Shown: in pieces, positions 22,177 through 33,071 of the stretch
Layout of the letters: each line of letters opens with the position of its first letter
Position numbering within the stretch: position 1 is the first letter of the stretch
DNA from: an uncultured archaeon
GTDB taxonomy: Archaea > Asgardarchaeota > Thorarchaeia > Thorarchaeales > Thorarchaeaceae
Assembly (NCBI GenBank): GCA_964473825.1
Contig: CAYYQL010000001.1
Location: 1-64,000 of the forward strand
DNA length: 64,000 nt
Direction of reading: 5' to 3'
Position numbers and translations under genes: made by a program
Notes under the pieces: generated by a model
What the model saw: the letters and a program-made list of their open reading frames with translations, nothing else
Databases searched by the model: none
Told to the model about the DNA's origin: nothing

Positions 22177-23739
22177 TTGAACGTAAGAGAACGAGTTCTT
22201 GTGGTTGACTACGGGGGACAGTACACACATCTGATCTCGAGAAGGTGCCGTGAACTGGGTGTATATGCCGAAATCATCCCCGAGGAATCTGCAATGCCTA
22301 AGCTAGACCTTGTGGGCGTCAAGGGGGTCATACTCTCCGGGGGACCGAGATCCATCAGAGCAGCTGACTTGAATGAAACTTTCCAGTTGAACATGAGGAT
22401 TCTTCGTGAGAGGGAGGTTCCCGTATTAGGTATCTGTTTTGGACACCAGCTGCTAGCAGTCTGGAAAGGTGCAAGGCTCTCTCCACGAGGAAATCCCGAA
22501 TATGGAAATACGAAGATACAGGTCATTGACACGGATTCCATCCTGCAGGGGCTCACGGACGGACAGCATGTATGGATGAGTCACAGCGATGAAGTGGTCG
22601 AGCTTCCAGAAGATATGCAGTCTCTTGCATTGAGCGGCAATAGCAAGATTGCATCCTTCAAGACCCATGACGATTTGATCTTTGGAGTTCAGTTTCATCC
22701 TGAAGTCGCTCATACTCCCAACGGGACGCGGGTTCTGGGAGCATTTCTACGCGACGTGTGTGGATGTGTCCACGAGTGGACGCCCGAGAGCGAAACTGCC
22801 AGCATCATCAAATCGATACGGAATGAAGTGAGAAACGGAAGCGTGTTGATGGGGACAAGTGGTGGAGTCGATTCCACTGTGGCAGCATTCCTCATTCACG
22901 AGGCAATAGGTGACAGGCTTCACTGCGTCTTTGTCGATAATGGCCTTCTCCGATTGGGGGAACGTGAAGAGGTTGTAAAAGCCTTCGAGGAGATGGACTT
23001 TGAACACTTTGTGGTCGTCGATGCCTCTCAGAGATTCCTGAATGGACTAGAAGGTGTCAGCGACCCCGAAGAAAAACGGAAAGTGATAGCAGACACATTC
23101 ATAGAAGTCTTTGAAAAGAAGGCCAAAGAACTCGAAGGTGAGTTTGGGCGGTTTGACTTCCTTGGACAGGGCACAATCTATCCAGATCGGGTGGAGAGCG
23201 CGGCGACAGGGAAAGGAACAGTAGTCATAAAGAGCCATCACAACGTTCGCTTGCCCAGCTGGATGACGCTCAAGATTGTAGAGCCTCTGAAGAACCTCTA
23301 CAAAGACGAAGTCAGGAAGGTCGGGTCGAGTCTTGGTATACCAGACTATATGCTCAATAGACAGCCATTCCCAGGACCGTCTCTTGCGATCAGAATAGGT
23401 GGACCTGTCACAAGAGAGCAACTCCAATTTCTCAGGAAAGCTGACAGAATCCTGCAAAGAGAGCTAGAGAAAGAGGATATCTACTCGTCGATATGGCAGT
23501 CTTTCTGTGTCCTTCTTCCTGTAAGATCGGTTGGTGTCATGGGTGACGAACGCACATACGAACAAGCAGCCGTGATAAGAATAGTTGAGAGCTCGGACGC
23601 TATGACAGCATCCGTAGCAAGACCTGAGTGGGATCTTCTTCTGCATATCGCCTCAAGAATAGTAAACGAGGTAGACGGAATCAATCGCGTGGTCTACGAT
23701 GTAACTTCCAAGCCTCCGGGAACTATCGAATGGTACTAA
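22177..23739 (+). CDS. guaA: GMP synthase (glutamine-hydrolysing), single chain
   Basis: DYGGQY, GICFGHQ, QFHPEV, SGGVDS, IKSHHNV, KPPGTIEW. Confidence 0.95.
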   Translation: MNVRERVLVVDYGGQYTHLISRRCRELGVYAEIIPEESAMPKLDLVGVKGVILSGGPRSIRAADLNETFQLNMRILREREVPVLGICFGHQLLAVWKGARLSPRGNPEYGNTKIQVIDTDSILQGLTDGQHVWMSHSDEVVELPEDMQSLALSGNSKIASFKTHDDLIFGVQFHPEVAHTPNGTRVLGAFLRDVCGCVHEWTPESETASIIKSIRNEVRNGSVLMGTSGGVDSTVAAFLIHEAIGDRLHCVFVDNGLLRLGEREEVVKAFEEMDFEHFVVVDASQRFLNGLEGVSDPEEKRKVIADTFIEVFEKKAKELEGEFGRFDFLGQGTIYPDRVESAATGKGTVVIKSHHNVRLPSWMTLKIVEPLKNLYKDEVRKVGSSLGIPDYMLNRQPFPGPSLAIRIGGPVTREQLQFLRKADRILQRELEKEDIYSSIWQSFCVLLPVRSVGVMGDERTYEQAAVIRIVESSDAMTASVARPEWDLLLHIASRIVNEVDGINRVVYDVTSKPPGTIEWY

Positions 23740-23808
23740 CAGCTGGCTCTATTGCTGGTGCCGGAATGCACAAGGTATAAGCAGGTGTTTCATAATCACG
23801 AAATCACA

Positions 23809-24954
23809 ATGAGACGAAGACTCGTCTACCCGTATTCAGATGAACTTCTTGACTATGAGTTCAGCAAGACCCATCCGCTAAAGCCAGACAGGCTAAGACT
23901 CACTCGAGCCCTCTCTCAGCAATTGGGTCTTTTGGATTTGACTGAGAATATTAGACCCGCACTCCCGACTCGCGAAGAACTCGAGCTCTTCCACGATCCA
24001 GAATACATAGATGCGGTTGAGGCATGCCAAGATGCCTCCTGTGTAGACGTCCGCTACGGTCTAGGTATCGCCGATAATCCATCTTTCCCAGGCCTCTATG
24101 AGGCTGCAAGAAGGTACGTGGGAGCAACTCTCGACGGTATGCGAGCAATCATGGAAGGAGCGAGCAATGCTTTTGTCATCTCAGGTGGACTCCACCATGC
24201 ACAGAGAAGTGAGGCTTCAGGATTCTGTATCTTCAACGACATTGTCATCGCCATCATGTATCTTCTGAAAGCACAGAAGTGCCGAGTGCTCTATTTCGAT
24301 TTCGACGCCCATCACGGCGATGGTGTTCAGAATGCATTTTATCGATCTGATGAGGTCCTCACGGTTTCAATCCATCAGTCCGGCAAGACTCTCTTTCCAG
24401 GAACGGGCAATGTCTTCGAGAACGGCGCTGGAGAGGGAGAGGGATTCTCCGTCAACATACCTTTAGCTGTTGGCGCAGGCAACCCAGAACTCATTCGGGC
24501 CTTTGATGAGATTGTTGTTCCGCTCTTTGAGGCCTATCAACCCAATATCTTAGTAACTCAGATGGGAGTTGACGGGCACTATATGGACCCTCTAGCGCAT
24601 CTTGCGTACACAAGCCACGGGTACGAGTACGTGATTGAGAAACTCAAGAAGATGTCCGAGGAAATCTGCGACATTGGCTGGCTTGCCGTGGGTGGGGGTG
24701 GATACCATGTCACAAATGTAGCCAGACTCTGGACATTGTTCCTCGCTCTCATGATAGGAGTTGATGTCCCGCAGCAGATTCCAGCTGGCTTCCTCGAAAC
24801 CTGCGAGCGTATTGACTATACAAAGTGTCCTCTCACTATGAGAGATGAGCAGAAATTCATGCAGCTCTATACTCCCCGAGAATACGTGGAAGATGACTTG
24901 GATAGGGTCCTAGAGAGATTGAGAGAACTAGTATTCCCCTTCCATGGATTATGA
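23809..24954 (+). CDS. Histone deacetylase/AcuC family protein
   Basis: HPLKPDR, GGLHHA, SGFCIFND, DFDAHHGDGVQ, FPGTG, DPLA, GGGGY. Confidence 0.92.
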   Translation: MRRRLVYPYSDELLDYEFSKTHPLKPDRLRLTRALSQQLGLLDLTENIRPALPTREELELFHDPEYIDAVEACQDASCVDVRYGLGIADNPSFPGLYEAARRYVGATLDGMRAIMEGASNAFVISGGLHHAQRSEASGFCIFNDIVIAIMYLLKAQKCRVLYFDFDAHHGDGVQNAFYRSDEVLTVSIHQSGKTLFPGTGNVFENGAGEGEGFSVNIPLAVGAGNPELIRAFDEIVVPLFEAYQPNILVTQMGVDGHYMDPLAHLAYTSHGYEYVIEKLKKMSEEICDIGWLAVGGGGYHVTNVARLWTLFLALMIGVDVPQQIPAGFLETCERIDYTKCPLTMRDEQKFMQLYTPREYVEDDLDRVLERLRELVFPFHGL

Positions 24955-24963
24955 GCCTGGCCT

Positions 24964-25578
24964 CTAGACTGAGCTCACATGGACATCAATCCAACGTTTC
25001 AGGAGTCTTGTGACAAGATCGGATGCAGTCGCCATTATTACTGAATCTGCATCCTCTGCATGCAAAGAAGAAGGGTCTATACCAGACCTTGCCATCTGCA
25101 GGAGTGTCGGGAAGACCAGAAATCCCAGTGCTTCTGCTACCTCGCAGGCATCAAAACCCTCCACCTTAAGGTCACCGTCTAACACGTCCAGAGGAGAAAG
25201 CCGTGAATCTCCACCAAAAAGCTCCAAGAGAACATCCTCTGGGGCTGACATGACGACATTCTCATGATGGCAACCTTGTTTCAGAGATGCCAAGCCTTCT
25301 TCGAAGACAACCGAAAACTGTGAATCGCCCTCAGGAGTGGTGATACAGAAGGCTACATCCTGAAACGAGTCACCTGTCATATCCAAGACTTCAGTGAATT
25401 CCCGTTCACTTATACTGTCCAGTTTCTTAGCGCTCTCAACATCCATCTGAAATGCCGCACGACATCCATCGACCACAGGACCGAGGTATTCCATGAGCAT
25501 GTACTTATCTTCATTCATCTCGTCGAGCATGCTCTGCAAGCGTGTTCCAAGTTGAGATGTCTCATTATCCGAATTCAA
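24964..25578 (-). CDS. Hypothetical protein, possible SCP2-like domain
   Basis: Acidic ORF; segment ...LDGDLKVEG resembles the SCP2 sterol-binding fold. Confidence 0.5.
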   Translation of the reverse strand: MNSDNETSQLGTRLQSMLDEMNEDKYMLMEYLGPVVDGCRAAFQMDVESAKKLDSISEREFTEVLDMTGDSFQDVAFCITTPEGDSQFSVVFEEGLASLKQGCHHENVVMSAPEDVLLELFGGDSRLSPLDVLDGDLKVEGFDACEVAEALGFLVFPTLLQMARSGIDPSSLHAEDADSVIMATASDLVTRLLKRWIDVHVSSV

Positions 25579-25684
25579 CGTGAATCAGCTTCAGCTAGTC
25601 TAGTCACCATATAGAGATGGTGTTCTCTCGTATAATACACGAAAAGAAAAGGATGGGCAATGTACAGAAGATAGGGTTGACAAA

Positions 25685-26431
25685 TTGACAATTGACATCC
25701 ATTGTCATCTAGGTTCTGACCGAATGAATGTAGATAGGGTAACACGTGATACCCTTGATGAGAACGTAGATTGGCTCATTGAAAGAATGGACGAATACAA
25801 TGTAGAGAAGACTGTACTAACTCCAATCGAGTTCAAAGTACCAACAGAACTCTACGTTGAAGCAGCCGAAATGCAACCTGATAGGCTGGAGTTCGCTTGC
25901 TCTGTCATGCCCAGACCGATCAACCTAGCAAGAGAGAGAATAGGTCAGTTCGCGGATCAAGGCTGCAAGGCCCTCGTCCTTGACGAACATATGTATCATC
26001 CTTCAGATCCGGCCGCGTATGCAGTCGCTCAGATTGCAGTCGAGAAGGGGCTTGCAATCTATTTCCATCACAAAGAAATATCAAATGAGGTAATCGGCTT
26101 TCTTGACCGCCTGTCACTGACACATCCCTCTGCCCAGTTTGTTGTGCTTCATATGGGAGGGCTCTTCGGTTTCTCGAAGCTCATCCCTCTCATAGCAAGA
26201 AACAACGTGTGGCTAGAGATATCAGTGACTCTGCCTAGACTCGTCGAATCCCCCCTCCGCGTCTTTCTCGATGCCTTGATTCAGGACCTTGGAGTAAGGA
26301 AACTAGTTTTTGGCTCAGAACACCATTCAGAGTACCGGGATCTGATGGCCAGTTTGAACATGATTAATCTGAATGTTGAAACAATTCGGCTTATCACCGA
26401 GAGGAATGCACAGCTGATCCTAGATATCTAA
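25685..26431 (+). CDS. Amidohydrolase-2 family (TIM-barrel) protein
   Basis: IDIHCH, VVLHMGG, NVWLEIS, KLVFGSE. Confidence 0.85.
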   Translation: MTIDIHCHLGSDRMNVDRVTRDTLDENVDWLIERMDEYNVEKTVLTPIEFKVPTELYVEAAEMQPDRLEFACSVMPRPINLARERIGQFADQGCKALVLDEHMYHPSDPAAYAVAQIAVEKGLAIYFHHKEISNEVIGFLDRLSLTHPSAQFVVLHMGGLFGFSKLIPLIARNNVWLEISVTLPRLVESPLRVFLDALIQDLGVRKLVFGSEHHSEYRDLMASLNMINLNVETIRLITERNAQLILDI

Positions 26432-26443
26432 GCCTGCCCCGAT

Positions 26444-26695
26444 TCATTTCCTTGTCCGTATACTCAGGAAGCTCGGTTTCTGCAGGGCCTTCTCAAATGT
26501 TTCACGAAAGATGTGCTTGCAGTCCGTAGTTGGTGTGGACTCCACAATCCGATCCAGTAGGAATCCTGCATCATGAATAGGTTCCAGCATTGCATTGAGT
26601 GGCCTGCGGATTGATGGCATGGCTACCTCCTCTCCGAAGCCTGTCCACAGATACTCCATGCGTTCAGTCTTGAAGTAATACTCGTGACATATCAT
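26444..26695 (-). pseudogene. C-terminal fragment of a class I SAM-dependent methyltransferase
   Basis: YF...RRPL..M...I.DAGF.LD.I.E..P...P.FL.IR pattern typical of methyltransferase C-termini; no SAM-binding N-terminus. Confidence 0.55.
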
Positions 26696-26795
26696 GTTTC
26701 CGACTTGAGGTTCAGCATGGTTCCTCGACGTTTCGGAGTAGTTTCTCCATCATCTAGCACTAAGAAATTGCATAACGGACATGGGAAACTTTCTT

Positions 26796-27173
26796 TCAGA
26801 CCTCGTGCCTCCCAGCGGGCACCAGTCTATCAGTGAGCATGACCTCGTGGATTATCTGCTCAACGTCTTCAACTTTCGGGAGACCTGTAATTGTAGCTCG
26901 TCCGATTCTTATTGTCGGAATGGCGGTTATTCTATGCTGGTCCAAAACATCGCGATTGTTCTCTATCCGGGTTTCGATAACTTCAAGGTGTTGGGAGTAG
27001 TAATGGAGGCGAGCTGCGGCCTCCCTTGCCAAACGAAGGGCTTCACCACAGAATGGGCACTGCCTGCTGGTGAACACCAGTATCTTCCCCGAGTTGTCTT
27101 CACTGTCCGTTTCAGCTTGTTCGTAATCCTGGCGTGTGCATTCAACATCGGTCTTCACTGCATATTCCTCCAC
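26796..27173 (-). CDS. Thioredoxin/glutaredoxin-like protein
   Basis: FTSRQCPFC, ITAIPTI, ITGLP. Confidence 0.8.
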   Translation of the reverse strand: MEEYAVKTDVECTRQDYEQAETDSEDNSGKILVFTSRQCPFCGEALRLAREAAARLHYYSQHLEVIETRIENNRDVLDQHRITAIPTIRIGRATITGLPKVEDVEQIIHEVMLTDRLVPAGRHEV

Positions 27174-27218
27174 CTCTGTCAGAATGGTGCGATTTATGCT
27201 CGTGCTATTGGCAACTGC

Positions 27219-27464
27219 TCACTCTGCAAACACTGGGGGCTTGAGTCGCACTTCATCAGATACTGAGTGGACTGCTGTGAGAGGAATCGCCTCCCATCTT
27301 GTCGTGGCATTAGGATCAGTACGACGCTCCACAATAACCAAGGGACCCTTGGCGTCGTCAAGCCAGAGCTTCTTGACCCGTCCAACAGGATAGCCTCGAA
27401 AGTCGCAGACGACTTTGTTCTTCAAGACCCACTTTATCGCATCCTCGTGCATAGTTCTCATCAA
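27219..27464 (-). CDS. PRC-barrel-like protein
   Basis: KVVCDFRGYPVGRVKKL...IPLTAVHSVSDEVRL. Confidence 0.7.
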   Translation of the reverse strand: MMRTMHEDAIKWVLKNKVVCDFRGYPVGRVKKLWLDDAKGPLVIVERRTDPNATTRWEAIPLTAVHSVSDEVRLKPPVFAE

Positions 27465-27547
27465 AAGGTAGATGCCAGAACACTAGATTAGATTGTGTAC
27501 AACAGGGACAAGTCTGTGGTAACACACACCCCGATGCTGTAGTCGGG

Positions 27548-28078
27548 TTAACACAGGATCATATGACAGACTTGTAGGAGTAAGGCCATCAGGAACGGAA
27601 ACAAGAACCATACGAAGTAGTTGCCGAATGGTGCTATCAACCTGTTCAGCTGAGCAGGTACAAAACTGAAAAAGCCCCCGGGAACAGGAGTCCAATTCCA
27701 CAATTGTCTCATTCTGCAGAGAATCGGCTCAACCATAACCATATCGAGGACTAATCCTAGGAGACCCGCAACTACACAGAGACCGTGACCTGAAACGCCC
27801 AGTGAGAGAGGGATCAGATATGTAATCTGTACTGCAAAGACCCACATGAACGGAATCCAAAGGGGTACTCGTCCGATGAAGACTCCGTTCTCCGAGGTAT
27901 AGTGATAGTATCCTTTCCCTGATACGTAGTGCTCCCCTACTGACGCTATGAGTAGAGTCACTAGCACCTGTACACCAACACTCGCACCATATGCAAGCCA
28001 GAGAAAGTAGCTCGTGACAGCACCTAGTGAAGCCAGAGCTGTAGTAGCCAGAATTCCAAGTCTGAAAGACATGGTCAA
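27548..28078 (-). CDS. CruF/DUF422-like membrane protein
   Basis: GYYHY, GRVPLWIPFMW, LD.V.VEP, W.W, PFGNYFVW. Confidence 0.65.
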   Translation of the reverse strand: MTMSFRLGILATTALASLGAVTSYFLWLAYGASVGVQVLVTLLIASVGEHYVSGKGYYHYTSENGVFIGRVPLWIPFMWVFAVQITYLIPLSLGVSGHGLCVVAGLLGLVLDMVMVEPILCRMRQLWNWTPVPGGFFSFVPAQLNRLIAPFGNYFVWFLFPFLMALLLQVCHMILC

Positions 28079-28386
28079 TCTCTACCTCTCTTCAGTCGCT
28101 TGCCAGCATTTGAGATCCGTTCCTTTGCCCTATTGGTTCGCTCTCTAAGCGCGACGGCATAACTTCTGCCTAGCTTCCTCTTTGTAAGCTTCTTGAAACT
28201 CAATGTGTGCTGCACTTCTATAATCATGTCTATGACCTTGTCTACCGTTCTTCGGTCAAGACCCGTCTTTCGTGCGAGGTCAGAGATGGAGAGAGCTGCT
28301 CCTTCGCTCAGGACATTCAAGACCATGCTCATGGCATCGGAGATGCCAACTCTTGAAATATCAAGGCCATTCTGCATCAGATTCAC
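28075..28386 (-). CDS. Winged-helix DNA-binding protein
   Basis: LSISDLARKTGLDRRTV. Confidence 0.75.
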   Translation of the reverse strand: MNLMQNGLDISRVGISDAMSMVLNVLSEGAALSISDLARKTGLDRRTVDKVIDMIIEVQHTLSFKKLTKRKLGRSYAVALRERTNRAKERISNAGKRLKRGRD

Positions 28387-28497
28387 TCAAGTCCCGAATA
28401 AGCACTGCTCAAATATATACATTGTTATGTACAGATAATTATGTAAGTGAACTGGCGAACTCCATGTTCTGAGATGAGGCTGAAATAGAACTATGCC

Positions 28498-29088
28498 TTA
28501 CTCCTCAGCATATTGCCCAGATTCTTCCTCATACTGCCAATCAACAATGGTCTCTTGATCACCTGACATGACCGACCCGCTCACACACCAACCAATCAGA
28601 GCAGCTGCAAGCCCGATGATGTTCATCATCCCACCAGTGACAATGTAGGTACGGGAATCGCTTAGCTGTTTGTAGCTGATATCCAGCGAGCTGGCACCTT
28701 CCACGCTATCTATGTAGATTGTATAATTGCCGTATGGAACATCAATTACCTCTCTCTTAACGCGAACCGGCGGATTGCTGCCGGGTATAGTGTCCTGTGA
28801 GTCGAGTGTCATGTTAAGAATGTAGACTGCATCTGTTTGGTTTTCTACAATCCTGAAGTCCACAGATATGACAGAAACGTTCACTCCTTGAACAGTGACT
28901 GAGATCTCCAACTGCTCATAGTACCCAGGAAGACTCCAGATGTTGAATGGTTGTCTATCGCCCTCTCCAGCCACGAAGCCATAATAGTGATAGGGTGCAC
29001 TAAGAATGACTGCACCGCCCCCGAGAAGCAGTATGATAGAGGACAGATACAGAAGCCCTTTCTTGGACAACCAGATATTTCGAGGCAT
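28498..29088 (-). CDS. Hypothetical membrane protein (N- and C-terminal TM)
   Basis: Two hydrophobic segments flanking a beta-rich domain. Confidence 0.65.
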   Translation of the reverse strand: MPRNIWLSKKGLLYLSSIILLLGGGAVILSAPYHYYGFVAGEGDRQPFNIWSLPGYYEQLEISVTVQGVNVSVISVDFRIVENQTDAVYILNMTLDSQDTIPGSNPPVRVKREVIDVPYGNYTIYIDSVEGASSLDISYKQLSDSRTYIVTGGMMNIIGLAAALIGWCVSGSVMSGDQETIVDWQYEEESGQYAEE

Positions 29089-29177
29089 CCCGTTTCACGT
29101 AAATGACATGACGGGTTCAAATATAGGCATTATGTACTGGGTATTCCTGCTCAAGAAAAAACATTTCCATCACGTGG

Positions 29178-30869
29178 ATGGTGTATCATATGACTCTGTT
29201 CCAGGAACTGGCAGATGCACTTCAGAGCATTAGCGGGGTCACAAGCCGACTCGAGAAGACATCACTTGCAGCAGGTCTTTTGAAGAAACTGGAGAAGTCA
29301 GAGATTGGAACAGCTGCTCTCTTTCTTTCAGGCAAGGGCTTTTCAGAACGGGACAGTAGAACGCTGAAGACTTCTTGGTCTACACTGAAGGACGCACTGC
29401 ACAAAGTCGTCCAGTTCGATGAAAATGACATGGAGAAGGCATACGGCGGAGACGCAGGAGAAGCGATTCAATACCTCCTCAGCTCAAATGAATATGCGCG
29501 CCAGTCAGGTCTGCTCTCTGAGGAACTCACAATCGACCACGTCAGGACTGTATTCGACGCTATTGCTCAAGCCGAAGGACCGGGCTCCAGACGAGAGCGC
29601 GAGGCCATTCTTGCAGGCATCTTAAGAGACGCCACACCACTGGAAGCCAGATATCTGGCCGCAATCATTCTCGGTGACCTTCGTACCGGGGTATCAGAGG
29701 GACTTGTGATTGACGCTATCGCGAAGGCCTTCGAAACAGATCCGAACCTGACTCGAAGAGCATGGCACTACTCAGGAGACTTGCACGCCGTTGCAGAAAC
29801 TGCAGCTAACCTTGGAGACAAGGGATTGCAGGACATCAAGATAGAGTTGTTCAGACCTGTCAAGCCAATGCTGGGTACAGCGGCAGATGATTTAGGAATG
29901 GCACTGAATGAAATTGAAGATAGAGCATCTCTTGAGTTCAAACTTGACGGCGCACGCATCCAGGTCCACAAGCAAGATGAGATGATAAGAATCTACTCTC
30001 GAAGACTATCCAATGTTACAGAGAGCATGCCTGAGGTCGAGGAGGAAATCAGACAAAACCTCAGCGTATCTTCAGCCATTTTAGATGGGGAAGTCATCGC
30101 TCTGAATGCAGATGGAACGCCTTACCCCTTTCAGGTTGTAATGAGAAGGTATGGCAGCACTTCAGACACCGAAGAGAAATCAAAGACCATCAGGCTCAGG
30201 CCATTCATCTTCGACGTGCTCTATCTCGATGGAAGAGATCTTGTGCGTCTCCCATATACAGAGCGGAAACAGATGCTCGAGGGCGTCATACCGCCGAAGC
30301 TGCAGGTCGAAACACTGGAGACCGACAGTCTTGCAGCAGCCACGAAGTTCTTCGAGAGAAGCAAGCGTCTCGGCCATGAGGGCGTCATGGTGAAAAGGAC
30401 CAGCTCGGAGTATGTCCCGGGGACCAGAGGAAGAAACTGGTTCAAAGTCAAGCACGTCCTCGAACTTGTTGACCTTGTGATAATCGCTGCTGAATGGGGC
30501 CACGGTAGAAGGCATAGATGGCTATCAGACTATCATCTTGCCGTCCGTAATGAAGAAACTGGCTCTTTCGAGATGGTTGGAAAGACCTTCAAGGGCCTTA
30601 GCGATCAGGAGTTCGAAGAAATCACGAGAAGGCTCCAAGAGATCGCACTAGAATCCGGGTCGAGAGTGGTCAGGGTGAAACCTGAGATTGTGGTCGAGGT
30701 GCTTGCATCAGAGATTCAGAAGAGCCCCAAGTACAAGTCTGGTATGGCCCTCCGCTTCGCCCGCATCACGGCAATAAGATATGACAAGGGGCCAGAAGAT
30801 GCAACAACTCTTAGACAGCTTGAGAAGATGTTCGAAAGCCAGTTCAAGTTCAAAGCGACTTATTCTTAG
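29178..30869 (+). CDS. lig: ATP-dependent DNA ligase
   Basis: EFKLDGAR (motif I), LDGE, FDVL, EGVMVK, WFKVK, LRFARI. Confidence 0.95.
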   Translation: MVYHMTLFQELADALQSISGVTSRLEKTSLAAGLLKKLEKSEIGTAALFLSGKGFSERDSRTLKTSWSTLKDALHKVVQFDENDMEKAYGGDAGEAIQYLLSSNEYARQSGLLSEELTIDHVRTVFDAIAQAEGPGSRREREAILAGILRDATPLEARYLAAIILGDLRTGVSEGLVIDAIAKAFETDPNLTRRAWHYSGDLHAVAETAANLGDKGLQDIKIELFRPVKPMLGTAADDLGMALNEIEDRASLEFKLDGARIQVHKQDEMIRIYSRRLSNVTESMPEVEEEIRQNLSVSSAILDGEVIALNADGTPYPFQVVMRRYGSTSDTEEKSKTIRLRPFIFDVLYLDGRDLVRLPYTERKQMLEGVIPPKLQVETLETDSLAAATKFFERSKRLGHEGVMVKRTSSEYVPGTRGRNWFKVKHVLELVDLVIIAAEWGHGRRHRWLSDYHLAVRNEETGSFEMVGKTFKGLSDQEFEEITRRLQEIALESGSRVVRVKPEIVVEVLASEIQKSPKYKSGMALRFARITAIRYDKGPEDATTLRQLEKMFESQFKFKATYS

Positions 30870-31025
30870 ATTCACTCCGTTCTAAAACCATCGCCAGGAT
30901 ATTATCTGAGAGCTTTTCTTATTCGATACAGTGGTGCACAATTGAGAAGTGGTTGAACCAGCTCTGAGTCAGGTTCAAGATAGCGACAACGATATTCTTG
31001 TATAGACAGTCACCTACTGGCAGCT

Positions 31026-32099
31026 ATGGAATCTCTATTTGAACCTGTGGAAATCGGGAATATTAGAAGCAGGAATCGCTTCATGAGGAGTGCAACCACA
31101 TCTGCATATGCCAACACAGATGGAACACTACGGCAACCTATTATTGAACTATATCGCGAACTTGCGAGGGGTGAGATCGGGCTCATTGTGACCGGCCACC
31201 TCTTTGTACTCGAAACAGGAAAGGCACATCAAGGAATGGCCGGCATCAGTCAGGATAGTCATGTCAGGGGGCTAAGTCAAATCACAGACGTCGTTCATGA
31301 AAGCGGAGGTGCTGTTGTAGCCCAGTTGAACCATGCGGGGATTCAGTGCAAAGATGACCGTGCGGGTCCAAGCAAGTACCAAGGTGAAGGCTGGCAATCA
31401 AGAGCGTTGTCGGAAAGAGAGATTGAAGACATCATTGCGGCATTTGGTGATGCTGCACAAAGAGCAGTGAGTGCAAGATTCGACGGGGTACAGATACACG
31501 GAGCCCATGGATATCTCGTCAGCCAGTTCCTAAGCAGGCTTGTGAACAAACGAAATGACCAGTGGGGTGGTAGCCTTGAGAACAGAATGAAACTCTTGGA
31601 AGCCGTCTACGATGAGATACGGTCTCGGCTAGGTAGTGTCCCAGTTATGCTCAAGCTGAACTGCGATGATTTCAGTCCCGATGGGTTCACCATTCAGGAC
31701 AGCATAATTGTTGCCCAGCGGATGCTCAAGAAGGGCGTTGATCTTCTAGAAATCAGTGGAGGTGGAGTAGGCCGTCAGGAAGAGCTCAAGTCACGAGCGA
31801 AACACAGTGACCCAAATTTGGAGGAGCTACCTCTTGCAGGACACGCCGCCAGAATCCGAGAGAAGACAAGGCCGAACCTGATAGCGCTTGTAAACGGATT
31901 CAAATCGGTGGAAACCATGAAATATGTGATTGAGAGAGGGTTGTGTGACATGGTAAGCATGAGTCGTCCCTTCATTCGTAATCCCAATCTTGTCCGTGAC
32001 TTGAGAAGAGGCCAGAAGAATGTGTCATGCATACGATGTAACAGATGTCTGGGCCCTGAAGTATTCGGCAAAGAGATGCTGAAATGTCACATAGACTAG
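31026..32099 (+). CDS. NADH:flavin oxidoreductase (Old Yellow Enzyme family)
   Basis: QLNHAG, DGVQIHGAHGYLVSQFLS, NKRNDQWGGSLENR, C-terminal CIRCNRC. Confidence 0.92.
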   Translation: MESLFEPVEIGNIRSRNRFMRSATTSAYANTDGTLRQPIIELYRELARGEIGLIVTGHLFVLETGKAHQGMAGISQDSHVRGLSQITDVVHESGGAVVAQLNHAGIQCKDDRAGPSKYQGEGWQSRALSEREIEDIIAAFGDAAQRAVSARFDGVQIHGAHGYLVSQFLSRLVNKRNDQWGGSLENRMKLLEAVYDEIRSRLGSVPVMLKLNCDDFSPDGFTIQDSIIVAQRMLKKGVDLLEISGGGVGRQEELKSRAKHSDPNLEELPLAGHAARIREKTRPNLIALVNGFKSVETMKYVIERGLCDMVSMSRPFIRNPNLVRDLRRGQKNVSCIRCNRCLGPEVFGKEMLKCHID

Positions 32100-32144
32100 G
32101 GCATCCAAGAACGGATAGAGGCGCAGGAAACTCGCTTGAGCAAA

Positions 32145-32528
32145 CTACCTCCGATGCAATACTCTGAACCATGTGTATAATGACATGGCGAAGAAGAAAT
32201 CCGCCACAATACTGAATCCACCACCAACCGTGCTGAAACCAATCAGTCCTTGACTCAGACTCTGGATCAAATAGTGTATAGACCACGCTGTCCCCATTAC
32301 GGCAAGAACAACACCCACAATGACAAGACGGCTGTCAAGAACGAATAGTCCAATCAGTAGGATGATGCTGAATCCCACGATCTGGATGATGAAGACAGTC
32401 GATTCAGAAACATCAAGACTTGTGATCAGCCCTCCTATGTAGTAAAAGAGCAGGCCAAATATTGGAAACACCCGTAGAAATTTCTGCAAACCATCCGACG
32501 TTACTGATTCTTTCATCTCGAACACCAC
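32145..32528 (-). CDS. Hypothetical membrane protein
   Basis: Four hydrophobic segments. Confidence 0.6.
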   Translation of the reverse strand: MVFEMKESVTSDGLQKFLRVFPIFGLLFYYIGGLITSLDVSESTVFIIQIVGFSIILLIGLFVLDSRLVIVGVVLAVMGTAWSIHYLIQSLSQGLIGFSTVGGGFSIVADFFFAMSLYTWFRVLHRR

Positions 32529-32678
32529 TCATCACTTAACAGGATTCTAGGTGACATATACACGACCCACTTCTGCTTAAATCTGCTTCTTGTTGTTCTC
32601 TAGAATTCGTTGACCATAGCCTTTAAATCCTCAATGCTATGCGGTCTGTTCATAAGACCCTAAGGGAGACAGACCAAA

Positions 32679-33071
32679 TTGTGGTTCGAGATTACAATGG
32701 TTCCATTGATCCTGTTGCTTGTGCTCTTCCTCATCTTCTTCATCGTCCAGGAAGGATCGAAATGGCAGAAACACAGACATCTCGGAGTGTTCGCTAGATT
32801 CATTCAGACTAGTCCTCGCCGAGGTTTCTTGACCTTTTTCATTCTGACTATTCTGATAATTCCTTCCACACTCATGGTCCTTCACGGCTGGTGGTTAGAC
32901 CAACTCGCAGGACCTGGAATGCCTAGCACACAGGTGCCCATCGTCAATACGCTTCTTATCCTTATTATCCTCCTAGCCGCAACAATTCCCGTCATGTGGG
33001 GCAGCTTCAGAACTTGGCGTCAAGCAGTGAGGAGTTCAGCGGACATGCGGGTCAGAACTACATCCGATTAG
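32679..33071 (+). CDS. Hypothetical membrane protein
   Basis: Three TM segments; TTTAAA box and GGGAG upstream. Confidence 0.65.
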   Translation: MWFEITMVPLILLLVLFLIFFIVQEGSKWQKHRHLGVFARFIQTSPRRGFLTFFILTILIIPSTLMVLHGWWLDQLAGPGMPSTQVPIVNTLLILIILLAATIPVMWGSFRTWRQAVRSSADMRVRTTSD